A DNA stretch of 64,000 nt from Thermoanaerobaculia bacterium (GTDB lineage Bacteria > Acidobacteriota > Thermoanaerobaculia > Multivoradales > Multivoraceae): assembly GCA_963664405.1 (NCBI GenBank), contig OY761158.1, forward strand, positions 416,001-480,000, given 5' to 3'. The notes below the pieces were generated by a model. The model had not been told where the DNA came from and ran no database searches. It worked only from the letters and a program-made list of their open reading frames with translations. The position numbers were made by a program, and so were the translations under genes. Each line of letters opens with the position of its first letter. Within the stretch, counting starts at the first letter, position 1. Below, piece after piece: positions 40,000-49,665 of this stretch.

Positions 40000-40434
40000 C
40001 TACCTCTCTGTCTTATCGCGACCGTCTCGCGGCGCGCCTGTACCCGAAGAGCCCATGAAGAGCTTCCTTCCGTCCGGGAAAGTCACATCGCGCCCGTTGG
40101 CGCGGTTCGAGCGGTCCTTGCTCTGATAACCGTCAACGACAATCACCGTTCCCGGTAGGAGAGAGTTTCTGTCGATGCCCCGTCGCAGCAAGGTGTTGGG
40201 AGTGCCCCCTTCGACCATCCATGACTCGACGGTTCCATCTTCATTGGTCACGTCGAGATGAATCCAAGCGTGAGGGTTGACCCACTCCACCTTGGTGACA
40301 GGGCCCTTGAGAATCAGAGGCCGATTGGGGTCGAACTCGGCACCGAAGGCGTGATGCGCCACGACCGGTACAGCGGCGGCAAGCAGGAAGCCAAATGCGA
40401 CCAGGATGACGGCTCTTTTTGTGTTTCTTTGCAT
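40000..40434 (-). CDS. DUF6152-like secreted protein
   Basis: Signal peptide then 'AHHAFGAEFD...GPVTKVEWVNPH.WI.LDV...W.VEGG.P..L.RRG'. Confidence 0.8.
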   Translation of the reverse strand: MQRNTKRAVILVAFGFLLAAAVPVVAHHAFGAEFDPNRPLILKGPVTKVEWVNPHAWIHLDVTNEDGTVESWMVEGGTPNTLLRRGIDRNSLLPGTVIVVDGYQSKDRSNRANGRDVTFPDGRKLFMGSSGTGAPRDGRDKTER

Positions 40435-40549
40435 TGAATTGTCCCTCTTGTCGTTGTGCCAGGACTTAACGTCCGATTTGCACCTAATCACGGCATCCAA
40501 TTTCCAATAGCCTAACATCTAAACGGCGGTATCCCTATGTGAGTACAGG

Positions 40550-41404
40550 TTACTCGACCTTGCAGCGAGGGAGTGGATTCCTTCGCCATTCGCCGTACAT
40601 CAGCTCTTCAACGAACTCCACACACTTGAAATCCAAAAGTTGTGCATTCTTCTCCATACGCCGATAGAGAGGCATGCTGATCTTCCACGGCCTTGTATAG
40701 ACCATCGGGTCTGTGAGGGTCGCTTCATACTGAAGATGATTGGGGCCCATCAAGGTATAGCGCTCTTCTACAACCAGCTTGTCACTGTGATGGTTACCCG
40801 AGCGGTCGAACCAGGTCGAGTCGTACTGGGAAGTGACCTCTACAACTAGAGTGTCTCCCTCCCAACGCCCGTGGGATTGCCCCATCCACGAATCGACCGG
40901 TGCCGGCCCCGGGTCCTTCATGTAAATGTCGCGAACCGCACCGGCGTAGGTGTAAGCGATGAAGGTGGAGTTCTCGCTCTGAAAGAGCTGGAAGGGATAA
41001 GGCATATAGGTCGCACGCGGAACGCCAGGCAGGAAGCACTTGATCTCAGGATCTCGATCCAGGTAGTTCTCCTGGTTCTCCATCTTCAGCTTCAGCGCCT
41101 CCGGCGTGTACGGGATCTTGCCCCCCTCTACCACTCCGAGGCCACCCGGAACCGATCCGACCGCGCCCAATGAGAGTATTTCCGCTGCAGGAATCGGTAC
41201 CACCGGCCCCTCTCTGAGCGCCAACGCTGGGCGCGCCATATGGATCTCGAGGTCATAGTTCGCCTCGTTCAGTGCCTGCCAAATCCCGTTGAGATCGGGG
41301 TGTCCATTAGCCAGGCGCGGGGGCTCGAAATCCGAACCCTGTGCGTACATCGGAACTGCCGCGAATGCGAGGGCGGCAAGCGCCGCCGTCAGGAATACCC
41401 TCAT
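40550..41404 (-). CDS. conserved hypothetical secreted protein (PDLNG...WEGDTLVV family)
   Basis: 'GHPDLNGIWQ', 'DPEIKCFLPGVPR', 'GQSHGRWEGDTLVV', 'ERYT', 'DFKCVE'. Confidence 0.75.
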   Translation of the reverse strand: MRVFLTAALAALAFAAVPMYAQGSDFEPPRLANGHPDLNGIWQALNEANYDLEIHMARPALALREGPVVPIPAAEILSLGAVGSVPGGLGVVEGGKIPYTPEALKLKMENQENYLDRDPEIKCFLPGVPRATYMPYPFQLFQSENSTFIAYTYAGAVRDIYMKDPGPAPVDSWMGQSHGRWEGDTLVVEVTSQYDSTWFDRSGNHHSDKLVVEERYTLMGPNHLQYEATLTDPMVYTRPWKISMPLYRRMEKNAQLLDFKCVEFVEELMYGEWRRNPLPRCKVE

Positions 41405-41637
41405 CGTGCCTCCAGATCTACTCTCTTCAAGATTGAATATCAGCAACTCGGACAAGGCCCGCGAGCATCTGAAGAGCAGTGCCTCGCGCGGGGCGACCCT
41501 AGAGAGCCCCCTTTTCGGCCCAATCAAAAACAATACCCCATACTACCTACAAGACGTTGCTACGGCTAGCCTTTGTTTCAAAGCTACCTCCGCCGCCCGC
41601 TCCGGCGCTCGAGCTCCTCGCCGGCGCTATCTCGTTA

Positions 41638-42231
41638 TCACTCGACTTCGATCAAGTTGCCTCGCGCATCCCTCAGCCTGCGCTGACCGCTGACGCGATC
41701 CCGAGACTCCTGCGCTGACAGGTAGAACCCCGCCGTCGTGATCCTGACCGTTAGCTCTTCCTCGCCCAAGTTCTCCCAGTACCACCCATGGATCCCGGAA
41801 AAGGGCGCGGTATAAGTGCCGTGTCCCTCGCTACTCTCCTGGCTGTCGAAGCTCTCCGCATAGCCCGGAGGCGCGCCATCGGGCTGACTGTGAAAGTTGT
41901 AGCTGACCGGGCTGGTGGCCTGCCACGAAAACAGCATGCTTCCGCCCTCGTCGAAGCGATAGATGTACTCAGCCCACTCCTCCGGCAGTAACTCGATCTC
42001 GATCGAATCGAGCTTGTACTCCTCGACCTCGCGAGCGATCGGGTTCTCCTGCGCCAACGCGAGCAGACCCAAGAGCTTGCCGGTCCCGAGCGGGTCGAAA
42101 CCGCGCTCCGCCGGCAGCACGACCGCGAAGAGACCTACCACCGCAACCAAGAGCGCGCCGAGGGTCGCTATCACGATCTTGGTGCGCGACGCGGTCTGCT
42201 TGGTTGCGTCGATGGTCTCTTCATCTGTCAT
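41638..42231 (-). CDS. membrane-anchored protein associated with HupE/UreJ
   Basis: TM then 'VLPAERGFDPLGTG', 'YNFHS', 'APFSGIHGWYWEN'. Confidence 0.7.
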   Translation of the reverse strand: MTDEETIDATKQTASRTKIVIATLGALLVAVVGLFAVVLPAERGFDPLGTGKLLGLLALAQENPIAREVEEYKLDSIEIELLPEEWAEYIYRFDEGGSMLFSWQATSPVSYNFHSQPDGAPPGYAESFDSQESSEGHGTYTAPFSGIHGWYWENLGEEELTVRITTAGFYLSAQESRDRVSGQRRLRDARGNLIEVE

Positions 42232-42956
42232 GCATACACCACATAGCCGAAGATCTGATAGCAGGCCAGGATAAAGCCTCCGGCCATCAACGCCGTATTG
42301 GTCGCAAAGGAGTACCTCAGAAAGCTGGGCCGCGTGCGCCAGTAGTTCAGTACTGCGAGCACGGCCGTCAGCGCCAAGATCTGGCCAAGCTCGACGCCAA
42401 CATTGAAGCTCAAGATATTCGCGACCAACCCGTTCCTAGACAGCGTGAACTCTTGCAGCTTGGTGGCCAGGCCAAAGCCATGGAAGAAACCGAAGATCAG
42501 CACCGCCACTCTGGCATTGGGACGAATGCTGAAGACGCGCTCGAAACCTCCAACATTCTCGAAGCCCTTGTAGGCGACCGAGAGCCCGATGATCGCATCG
42601 ACGATGTGGGCGTCGGCTCGAACCCCGCCGAGCACTCCGACGAGGAGTGTCACGCTGTGTCCGAGCGCGAAGAGGCTGACGTATTGGACGACATCCTTCA
42701 GCCGGTAGAGAAAAAAGATCACGCCGACCAGGAAGAGTAGATGGTCGTAACCCGTCACCATGTGCTTGGCGCCGAGATACAAGAACGGGCCGAGCGCGAG
42801 TCCATCGACGCCCTCCACGAAACCGGCGTTGCTCCCCTCCATCGGATGCGCCTCGACAGCGGGTCCGGGGAGGAGCATCACGAGGCAGGCGAAGGTGATG
42901 AAGATGATCAATCGTCGCATCACATAGCCTCGGGCGGCAATCATCTTACTCGACAC
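42228..42956 (-). CDS. HupE/UreJ family metal (Ni/Co) transporter-like protein
   Basis: 'AHP', 'GAKHMVTGYDHLLF', 'GHSVTL', 'FGFFHGFG', 'FNVGVELGQ'. Confidence 0.88.
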   Translation of the reverse strand: MSSKMIAARGYVMRRLIIFITFACLVMLLPGPAVEAHPMEGSNAGFVEGVDGLALGPFLYLGAKHMVTGYDHLLFLVGVIFFLYRLKDVVQYVSLFALGHSVTLLVGVLGGVRADAHIVDAIIGLSVAYKGFENVGGFERVFSIRPNARVAVLIFGFFHGFGLATKLQEFTLSRNGLVANILSFNVGVELGQILALTAVLAVLNYWRTRPSFLRYSFATNTALMAGGFILACYQIFGYVVYA

Positions 42957-43048
42957 AATGCGGCCGTCGTCCCTTGACCTTTGCTATGGTTCTCGTCGAC
43001 CTCGCTAAAACACGGAATCTCGCTTCAGGACCCAGCAGGAGGGGTGAA

Positions 43049-45178
43049 ATGCGCTCGATTGTTTTCACTGCAGTGGTGATCGGACTGGTAGTGGGTGGCT
43101 GCGGCACCGCTAACGAAGAGAGCTCTGGAGACGAAGAGCTCGGCGCTCAGGTCTCGATCGTCGGCGCGGAACGCCTGGTGGCGGCGGATCAAGAGCCGCA
43201 CAACTGGCTCACACACGGGCGCACCTACGACGAGCAGCGCTTCTCACCCCTGGACCAAATCAACGAAGGCAACGTCGGACAGCTCGGCCTGGCGTGGAGC
43301 TACGATACCGGCCAGCATCGCGGGCACGAAGCAACCCCGATTGTGGTCGACGGAGTGATCTACCTCACTGCCGCCTGGAGCATCGTCCACGCCATCGACG
43401 CCCGCAGCGGTGAGGCGATCTGGACCTACGATCCCAAAGTGCCGGGAGGCTACGCTCGCTGGGCTTGCTGCGATGTGGTCAACCGTGGAGTCGCAGTCTG
43501 GGAAGACAAGGTCTACGTCGGCGCTCTGGACGGACGCCTCATCGCCCTGAATGCCGCCAGCGGCGAGGAGATCTGGTCAGTACAGACCACCGATCCACAG
43601 CGGCACTACACCATCACCGGAGCGCCGCGAGTGGCCAAGGGCAAGGTGGTCATCGGCAATGGCGGAGCCGAATACGGCGTCAGAGGCTACATCACCGCCT
43701 ACGACGCCGACAGCGGTGAGGAGGCGTGGCGATTCTGGACCGTCCCTGGAGACCCGTCGCTACCCTTCGAGCACGAGGAGCTCGAGGCGGCGGCGGCGAC
43801 CTGGACCGGAGAGTGGTGGAAGGTCGGCGGCGGCGGCACCGCTTGGGATTCGATGGCCTACGACCCGGAGCTCGAGCTCATGTACGTCGGAACCGGCAAC
43901 GGCTCGCCGTGGACCCGCGTTCACCGCAGCCCCGACGGCGGCGACAATCTCTACCTGTCGTCGATCCTGGCGCTCGACATCGACAGCGGCAAGCTGGCCT
44001 GGCACTACCAGACCACGCCTGGCGACAACTGGGACTTCACCGCCGTACAGCCGATCACGCTGGCGGAGCTCGAGATCGACGGCACTCGTCGTAAAGTTCT
44101 CATGCAGGCGCCGAAGAACGGCTTCTTCTACATCCTCGATCGCGCCACCGGCGAGCTGCTCTCAGCCGAAAAATATGTTGAAACGACCTGGGCCTCGCAC
44201 GTCGACATGGAGACCGGCCGTCCCGTCGAGACTGCCGGTGGCGACTACCTAGACAAGCCCAAGGTGGTCTTACCCGGCCCCTTCGGAGGACACAATTGGC
44301 ATCCCCAGTCCTACAGCCCCGAGACCGGCCTGATGTATCTCCCGGCCCGCGAAGCCTCGTTCATCTACCCACTGAACAGAGAGTTCGAGTACAACGAGCC
44401 CGGCTGGAACCTCGGCCTCGACATGAGGGGGCTCCCCCGCCACCTGGTCGAAATGGAGCAGCCCGTCCCGACGGGTCATCTTCGCGCCTGGGACCCCGTC
44501 GCCAGCAAGGTGGTGTGGGATGTCGAAGTACCCGGCTCGGTCAACGGCGGAGCCCTCTCGACAGCCGGCAACCTCGTCTTCCACGGTACCTCGGAAGGAG
44601 AGTTCGCTGCCTTTGCCGCCGACTCGGGCAAGGAGCTTTGGGAGGTTCGACTCAACATCGGAGTAATCGCAGCGCCAGTCACCTACACAGTCGACGGCGA
44701 GCAGTACGTCGCGATTCTCGCCGGCTGGGGCGGCGGCGCCATCATCGGATTCGACGTCGCCATCACGGCGGCCTATTCCTTCGAGAACGTCGGCAGGCTC
44801 TTCGTCTTCAAGCTCGGCGGCACGACGCCGATCCCCCTGGTCAAGGAGCGCAATCTCGAGATCCCCGAGCAGCCGCCGCTGACAGCCTCGGCGGCGACGA
44901 TCGAGAACGGCCAGGGCCTCTTCCACGAATACTGCGCCTTCTGTCACGGACTTCTCGCCCACAGCACCGGGGTCATCGCCGATTTGAGGATGATGGATGA
45001 AGGGGCGCACGCCACCTTCGACGCCGTGGTGCTCGATGGACTGATGGAGTCGGAGGGGATGGCGAGCTTTGCCGACGTGCTCGACAAAGATCAAGCGGAC
45101 GCCGTCCATGCCTACATCGTCTCGCGCGCGCGGGAGGACCGCGAGCTCCAGGCCACCACCGATGCAGGTGGCCTGTGA
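43049..45178 (+). CDS. PQQ-dependent quinohemoprotein alcohol dehydrogenase (type II) with C-terminal cytochrome c
   Basis: 'RFSPLDQIN', vicinal 'ACCDVVNRG', 'GAEYGVRG', 'TPGDNWDFT', 'GGHNW', heme 'CAFCHG'. Confidence 0.93.
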   Translation: MRSIVFTAVVIGLVVGGCGTANEESSGDEELGAQVSIVGAERLVAADQEPHNWLTHGRTYDEQRFSPLDQINEGNVGQLGLAWSYDTGQHRGHEATPIVVDGVIYLTAAWSIVHAIDARSGEAIWTYDPKVPGGYARWACCDVVNRGVAVWEDKVYVGALDGRLIALNAASGEEIWSVQTTDPQRHYTITGAPRVAKGKVVIGNGGAEYGVRGYITAYDADSGEEAWRFWTVPGDPSLPFEHEELEAAAATWTGEWWKVGGGGTAWDSMAYDPELELMYVGTGNGSPWTRVHRSPDGGDNLYLSSILALDIDSGKLAWHYQTTPGDNWDFTAVQPITLAELEIDGTRRKVLMQAPKNGFFYILDRATGELLSAEKYVETTWASHVDMETGRPVETAGGDYLDKPKVVLPGPFGGHNWHPQSYSPETGLMYLPAREASFIYPLNREFEYNEPGWNLGLDMRGLPRHLVEMEQPVPTGHLRAWDPVASKVVWDVEVPGSVNGGALSTAGNLVFHGTSEGEFAAFAADSGKELWEVRLNIGVIAAPVTYTVDGEQYVAILAGWGGGAIIGFDVAITAAYSFENVGRLFVFKLGGTTPIPLVKERNLEIPEQPPLTASAATIENGQGLFHEYCAFCHGLLAHSTGVIADLRMMDEGAHATFDAVVLDGLMESEGMASFADVLDKDQADAVHAYIVSRAREDRELQATTDAGGL

Positions 45179-45225
45179 GGGTTCTTCCCTTCCTTCGACG
45201 AGGCCGCTGAAACGAGACCCGAGTC

Positions 45226-46953
45226 ATGTCCGATCTTCGCTACGAGGTCCACGATCGACCGCCGCATCTGCTCTCGGCCGCTCTAGGCTTTCAGGTCGTC
45301 GTTCTCATCCTCGCCGGCATCGTCCTGGTCCCGGTGATCGTCCTCAAAGCGGCCGGAAGCGCCCCCCCCATCATCACCTGGGCCGTCTTCGCGGCGCTCT
45401 TGGTCAGCGGCCTGATCACGATCGTGCAGGCGAGGCCGATCGGACCTGTCGGCGCCGGCTACGTCCTCTTCATGGGCACCAGCGGCGCCTTCATCGCGGT
45501 TTCGACGGCGGCGGTGAAAGCCGGCGGCCTCGCTCTTCTTGCGACCCTGGTCGCTCTCTCGTCGCTCATCCAGTTCGCCTTCTCGGCACGCCTCGCACTC
45601 TTCCGCAAGGTCATTACGCCAACGGTCGGCGGCACGGTCATCATGTTGATCGCCGTCGACGTGTTTCCTATCTGCTTTGGCATGCTGACGACCGTCCCCG
45701 AGCATGTCGATCCGGCGTCCAACGCCGGTCCGCTCACCGCAGCAGCTACCTTTGCCGTCATTCTCTTCGTTTCTCTCTTAGGCACCGGAAAGGCCAGGCT
45801 CTGGGCACCTCTCATCGGCGTCATCGTCGGTTGCAGCGTCGGCTATGGAGTAGGCCTGTTCAACCTCGAGGCGGTGCGTAGCGCCCCTTGGATCGGCATC
45901 CCGTCCGCAGGGTGGCCGGGCCTCGATCTCTCTTTCGACGCGCGACTCTGGAGCCTGCTTCCCGCCTTTCTCATCGTCACCATCGTCGGCGCAATCGAGA
46001 CCTATGGCGACGGCATCGCCATCCAGAGGGTCTCGAAGGGTCGTCGCGAGCCGGTGGACTTCAAGGCTGTGCAGGGCGCCGTCAACGCTGACGGGGTCGG
46101 CAATCTACTCTCCGGGCTGGCCGGAACTCTTCCAAACACCACCTACTCCACCAGCATCTCGGTCGTCGAGCTCACCGGTGTCGCCGCGCGGCGTGTTGGC
46201 ATTTACGCCGGAGCGCTGATGGTGGCTTTCGCCTTCCTGCCCAAGGTCTCGGCCCTGCTCCAGTCGATTCCCGACGCAGCCGCGGGGGCCTACATCATGA
46301 TCCTCCTGGCCCTTCTCTTCGCCCAGGGTCTACGTCTGGTATCGGACGGCGGTCTCTCCTACGAGAACGGCCTCGTGGTCTGCCTTTCGTTCTGGATTGG
46401 GACCGGGTTCCAGGGCGGGCTGATCTTTCCCACCCAGATGCCCGAGTGGGCGCACACCCTCCTCGACAACGGCATGACCTCTGGCGGAGTCACCGCCATC
46501 CTTCTCACCCTGCTCTTGTCGATCAAGCATCGTTCCCACGACCGCCTCAAGCTCGAAGCGGCCCCTGCGGCAGTACCGGCGTTACACGATTTCCTCAAAT
46601 CGATCGCCAGCCGAGCCGGCTGGGATCAGACCGCGGTCGACCGACTCCAGCTCGCCGGTGAGGAAGCTCTACTCTTTCTCATCACCAAAGAGGAGGAAGC
46701 GGAGCGAGCCGGCGAGGCAGCAATCGGAGTTTCGGCTCGCGAGTCGGAAGGGGTTATCGAGCTCGAGTTCGCCAGTGGCCCGGGCGCCGCCAATATCGAG
46801 ATTCTGGTCCGCGACCTCGATGATGCGGATCGCGCCCCCTCCGATGACGCAGGACTCCGTATCCTCCGCCATCTGGCTAAAGAACTGCGTCACGAGCAGT
46901 TCCACGACCGCAACTATCTGATGGTCAGAGTGGAGAGCAAGCCGCTGGCCTAG
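45226..46953 (+). CDS. NCS2 (xanthine/uracil/ascorbate) permease with C-terminal RsbW-like domain
   Basis: Multiple TMs; 'MGTSGAF', 'IETYGD', 'ADGVGNLLSG..GTLPNTTYS', 'TGVAARRVG'; extra ~130-aa C-terminal domain. Confidence 0.85.
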   Translation: MSDLRYEVHDRPPHLLSAALGFQVVVLILAGIVLVPVIVLKAAGSAPPIITWAVFAALLVSGLITIVQARPIGPVGAGYVLFMGTSGAFIAVSTAAVKAGGLALLATLVALSSLIQFAFSARLALFRKVITPTVGGTVIMLIAVDVFPICFGMLTTVPEHVDPASNAGPLTAAATFAVILFVSLLGTGKARLWAPLIGVIVGCSVGYGVGLFNLEAVRSAPWIGIPSAGWPGLDLSFDARLWSLLPAFLIVTIVGAIETYGDGIAIQRVSKGRREPVDFKAVQGAVNADGVGNLLSGLAGTLPNTTYSTSISVVELTGVAARRVGIYAGALMVAFAFLPKVSALLQSIPDAAAGAYIMILLALLFAQGLRLVSDGGLSYENGLVVCLSFWIGTGFQGGLIFPTQMPEWAHTLLDNGMTSGGVTAILLTLLLSIKHRSHDRLKLEAAPAAVPALHDFLKSIASRAGWDQTAVDRLQLAGEEALLFLITKEEEAERAGEAAIGVSARESEGVIELEFASGPGAANIEILVRDLDDADRAPSDDAGLRILRHLAKELRHEQFHDRNYLMVRVESKPLA

Positions 46954-47045
46954 CCCCAGAAAACGCGCCTTCGGCCCGTTTTCCGGCCCATCCCCGCCTG
47001 AGAACTACTCGCCTGTCCGAATTCTCGGACACGTGTTATCGGCGG

Positions 47046-47399
47046 TCATAAAGTGCGGGATTCCGGCTGTGTAGTGGCGCTTTTGGTTTCATCCTCCTCG
47101 AGAAGGGACCGGTGCCGAAGGAGGATGTAGCGGACGTATTGAGGGTCGAGCTCGTCGTTGGTCAGGGCTCGATGTACGGAGCGGTAGTAGGCAAGTGAGT
47201 GAATCTGCGGCAGCGGATCGGTGCTGAGGCGCCGTCGCAAGGTGGCGAGTCGAATGGCATGGGCAAGCTCTTCGAGGGGGACGTTGGCTTGATAGAGCTT
47301 GTCGGCGATGGCCCAGTCTCGGCGCCGAGGTCTAGACGGGGTTTTAGGAGCGTCGAGGTAGAGGCGGATGAGCTCGGCGCGATACTCCTGTCGGATCAC
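47046..47399 (-). CDS. IS21-associated small helical protein
   Basis: GTGA coupling to the istB stop; 'YRAELIRLYLDAPKTP...DWAIADKLY...IHSLAYYRSV'; homolog of 36334. Confidence 0.8.
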   Translation of the reverse strand: MIRQEYRAELIRLYLDAPKTPSRPRRRDWAIADKLYQANVPLEELAHAIRLATLRRRLSTDPLPQIHSLAYYRSVHRALTNDELDPQYVRYILLRHRSLLEEDETKSATTQPESRTL

Positions 47400-48169
47400 G
47401 AGGTCTTCGCACTGCGCCGTCGAGGGCGAGTGCCGCTTCGGCGGGCCGAAGCGCGCTTCTTGGCGTGCTCCTTGGACTCCTTGAGCCGATAGGAATCGCC
47501 CTCGATGTTGACGAGCTCGCAGCGATGGACGAGGCGATCGACGATGGTGACGACGGTAGTAGCGTTGGGGAAGACCTCTCCCCATTCTCCAAAGGACTTG
47601 TTTGTGGTGATGAGAAGGGACTTATTTTCGTACCTGCGGGAAACGACCTCGAAAAGTAGATCGGCGTGGCGCGTGTCGTAGGACAGATATCCGAGCTCGT
47701 CAATGCAGAGCAGGGATGGGCGCGCAAAGAGCGCGAGCTTGCGCTGAAGGCTGGTCGAGGAGTCTTGTTCGGCGAGGGTGTTGAGCAGCTCCGAGGCGGT
47801 GAGGAATCGGGCGGTGGCTCCACGTAGTACGGCTTGATGGGCGAGATTCTTGGCAATGAGCGTCTTGCCGATGCCGTTTGGCCCTATCAAGACAGCGTTG
47901 TGCCCTCGGGCGAGCCACTCGAGCCGAAAGAGATCTTCGATCTGCTCGCGGTCGATCTTCTTGGGCCAATTCCAGTCGAAGTCGGCCAGCGGCTTGAAGG
48001 TGCCGAGCCGGGCCCGACCCAGGCGTCGCTCCAGTCCGCGACGGGCTCGCTCCTGCTCTTCCCAGTCGAGCAGGTCGGGGAGCCAGGGTTGGTTGGCGAC
48101 CTCATCCCAGTGGGCTAGGAGGCCATGGAGTTTCAGGGCTGTGGCACGCTCTTGGTCGGTGTTGTTCAT
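47396..48169 (-). CDS. istB: IS21 AAA+ helper ATPase IstB
   Basis: 'GPNGIGKT', 'LCIDELGY', 'TTNKSFGEW', 'DRLVH', 'GDSYR'. Confidence 0.96.
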   Translation of the reverse strand: MNNTDQERATALKLHGLLAHWDEVANQPWLPDLLDWEEQERARRGLERRLGRARLGTFKPLADFDWNWPKKIDREQIEDLFRLEWLARGHNAVLIGPNGIGKTLIAKNLAHQAVLRGATARFLTASELLNTLAEQDSSTSLQRKLALFARPSLLCIDELGYLSYDTRHADLLFEVVSRRYENKSLLITTNKSFGEWGEVFPNATTVVTIVDRLVHRCELVNIEGDSYRLKESKEHAKKRASARRSGTRPRRRSAKTS

Positions 48170-49665
48170 TCGTCGTCCTCCTCGTCGTTGGGGTTGTCGT
48201 AGTCGGCCAGTGCATGGGGAGTGACCGTGAGCTCCCGGATCCTGGGATCGTCGGGGAGCTGGACAGGCAGCGCGGGTAGGAGTCCCCGCTCGTGGCGCCG
48301 ACGATCGAGGATGAGTCGCACCGCTTCGGGATGCGGGGATCCTTTTTCGAGGGCCTCGTCGATCGCCACTGCAAGCTCCCTGGGTCCACTCTCGGCAAGG
48401 AGCTCGAGGAGTCTGGCGACGGCACTCGAGAGTCGTCTCTGCCGTCGGGCCAGCTCCCGCAGGAGCTCTTCGGCCTGGGGCACCGTACGCAGCAGGTAGT
48501 CCTGGCCGCGCTGTGTACGTGCCTCGCGTTTCTGTCGTTCCAGCTCTTCTAGGTGACGGGGGTCTTCGATGATCTGGCCCTTGTCCCAGGACCTTGTGTG
48601 CTCGGCGATGAGCTGCTCGCGATCGAAGATGCGCACACGCTCCGGGTCTGCGGCGATCTGTAGCGAGCGGGCGATGCGATCATGCGGGATCGAGTAGCGA
48701 TTCGCATCGAAGCTCAGGTAAGGAGTGCGCCGCGTGATCCGCTCGACCCATTCGTGGCAGGGGAAAGGCTGCGCCGGAAGGCTCACGAGATGAGAGCGCT
48801 CCTCGAGATAGGCCTGCTCGACGGTGCGACGCCGGTCCTGGGGCCACGGGCGCTTCATCGCTCGGTCGCGACACCACTCCAGAGCGTCCCGGTTCAGCGC
48901 TTCTCTGTCCCAGGTGCGACGCAGCGGAAAGAAGGAAGTTCTGACAAAACGAATGGCTCGTTCGACGCGACCTTTTTCATTTCCTCGTCTGGGAGCAACG
49001 GGCCTTGGATCAAAGCCGTAGAAGTCGGCGAGCTCGAGAAGCCGTGGATGAAAGCGAATGGCGCTGCGGCGCCGCTCGAGCACAGCGCTGCGCAGATTGT
49101 CGTAGAGGTGGATCTTGGCCAGACCCTCAAAGAAGGAGAAGGCGAGGACATGCCCGGTCAGGAAGCTCGGCAGACGAGCGTCGTAGAAGAAGTGCAGAAA
49201 GAGAGCTCGCGAGTAGCTCAGCACCATGACGAAGGCGTAGAGACGGCGCTCTCCGCCATCGACCTTTCGGGTGCCGAAGTGAGCCCAGTCCACCTGGGCC
49301 TGTTCGCCGGCAAGCGTACGGAGCACAAAGAAAGCCTCAGGCGCCTTGCGGGGGCGCAGGCCGAGCTCGGCAATGCAGTGGCGGAAGTGATCCTCCCCAC
49401 CGGGATAGTCACGCTTCTTGACCATCTCGTAGAGCACGCTCGCCGGCAGCTCCGGGTAGCGCTCAAAGACTTCCTGGATGAAGGGGACGAAGCGATCGAC
49501 CATGGACGCTCGTCGCGGCGATCGAGGCCGGCTCAGCCCTTCGCGTCGAAGGACTCGAGTGACCGTCGAGTGATGGATTCCCAGATGGCGGGCGATCGTG
49601 TTGCGCCGCCAGCCCTCCGACTCATAGAGACGGCGGATCTCGGCGGCGAGCTCGGGAGAGATCAT
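48166..49665 (-). CDS. istA: IS21 transposase IstA
   Basis: HTH; 'GEQAQVDW', 'LSYSR', 'LYDN', 'GNEKGRVERAI', 'FDANRYSIP'. Confidence 0.96.
   Translation of the reverse strand: MISPELAAEIRRLYESEGWRRNTIARHLGIHHSTVTRVLRREGLSRPRSPRRASMVDRFVPFIQEVFERYPELPASVLYEMVKKRDYPGGEDHFRHCIAELGLRPRKAPEAFFVLRTLAGEQAQVDWAHFGTRKVDGGERRLYAFVMVLSYSRALFLHFFYDARLPSFLTGHVLAFSFFEGLAKIHLYDNLRSAVLERRRSAIRFHPRLLELADFYGFDPRPVAPRRGNEKGRVERAIRFVRTSFFPLRRTWDREALNRDALEWCRDRAMKRPWPQDRRRTVEQAYLEERSHLVSLPAQPFPCHEWVERITRRTPYLSFDANRYSIPHDRIARSLQIAADPERVRIFDREQLIAEHTRSWDKGQIIEDPRHLEELERQKREARTQRGQDYLLRTVPQAEELLRELARRQRRLSSAVARLLELLAESGPRELAVAIDEALEKGSPHPEAVRLILDRRRHERGLLPALPVQLPDDPRIRELTVTPHALADYDNPNDEEDDE

Noticed and set aside
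43049-45178. Lanthanide-dependent (XoxF/PedH-type) dehydrogenase
   Set aside because: The active-site segment reads WDFT, lacking the extra Asp (D-x-D); it fits a Ca-type quinohemoprotein ADH.
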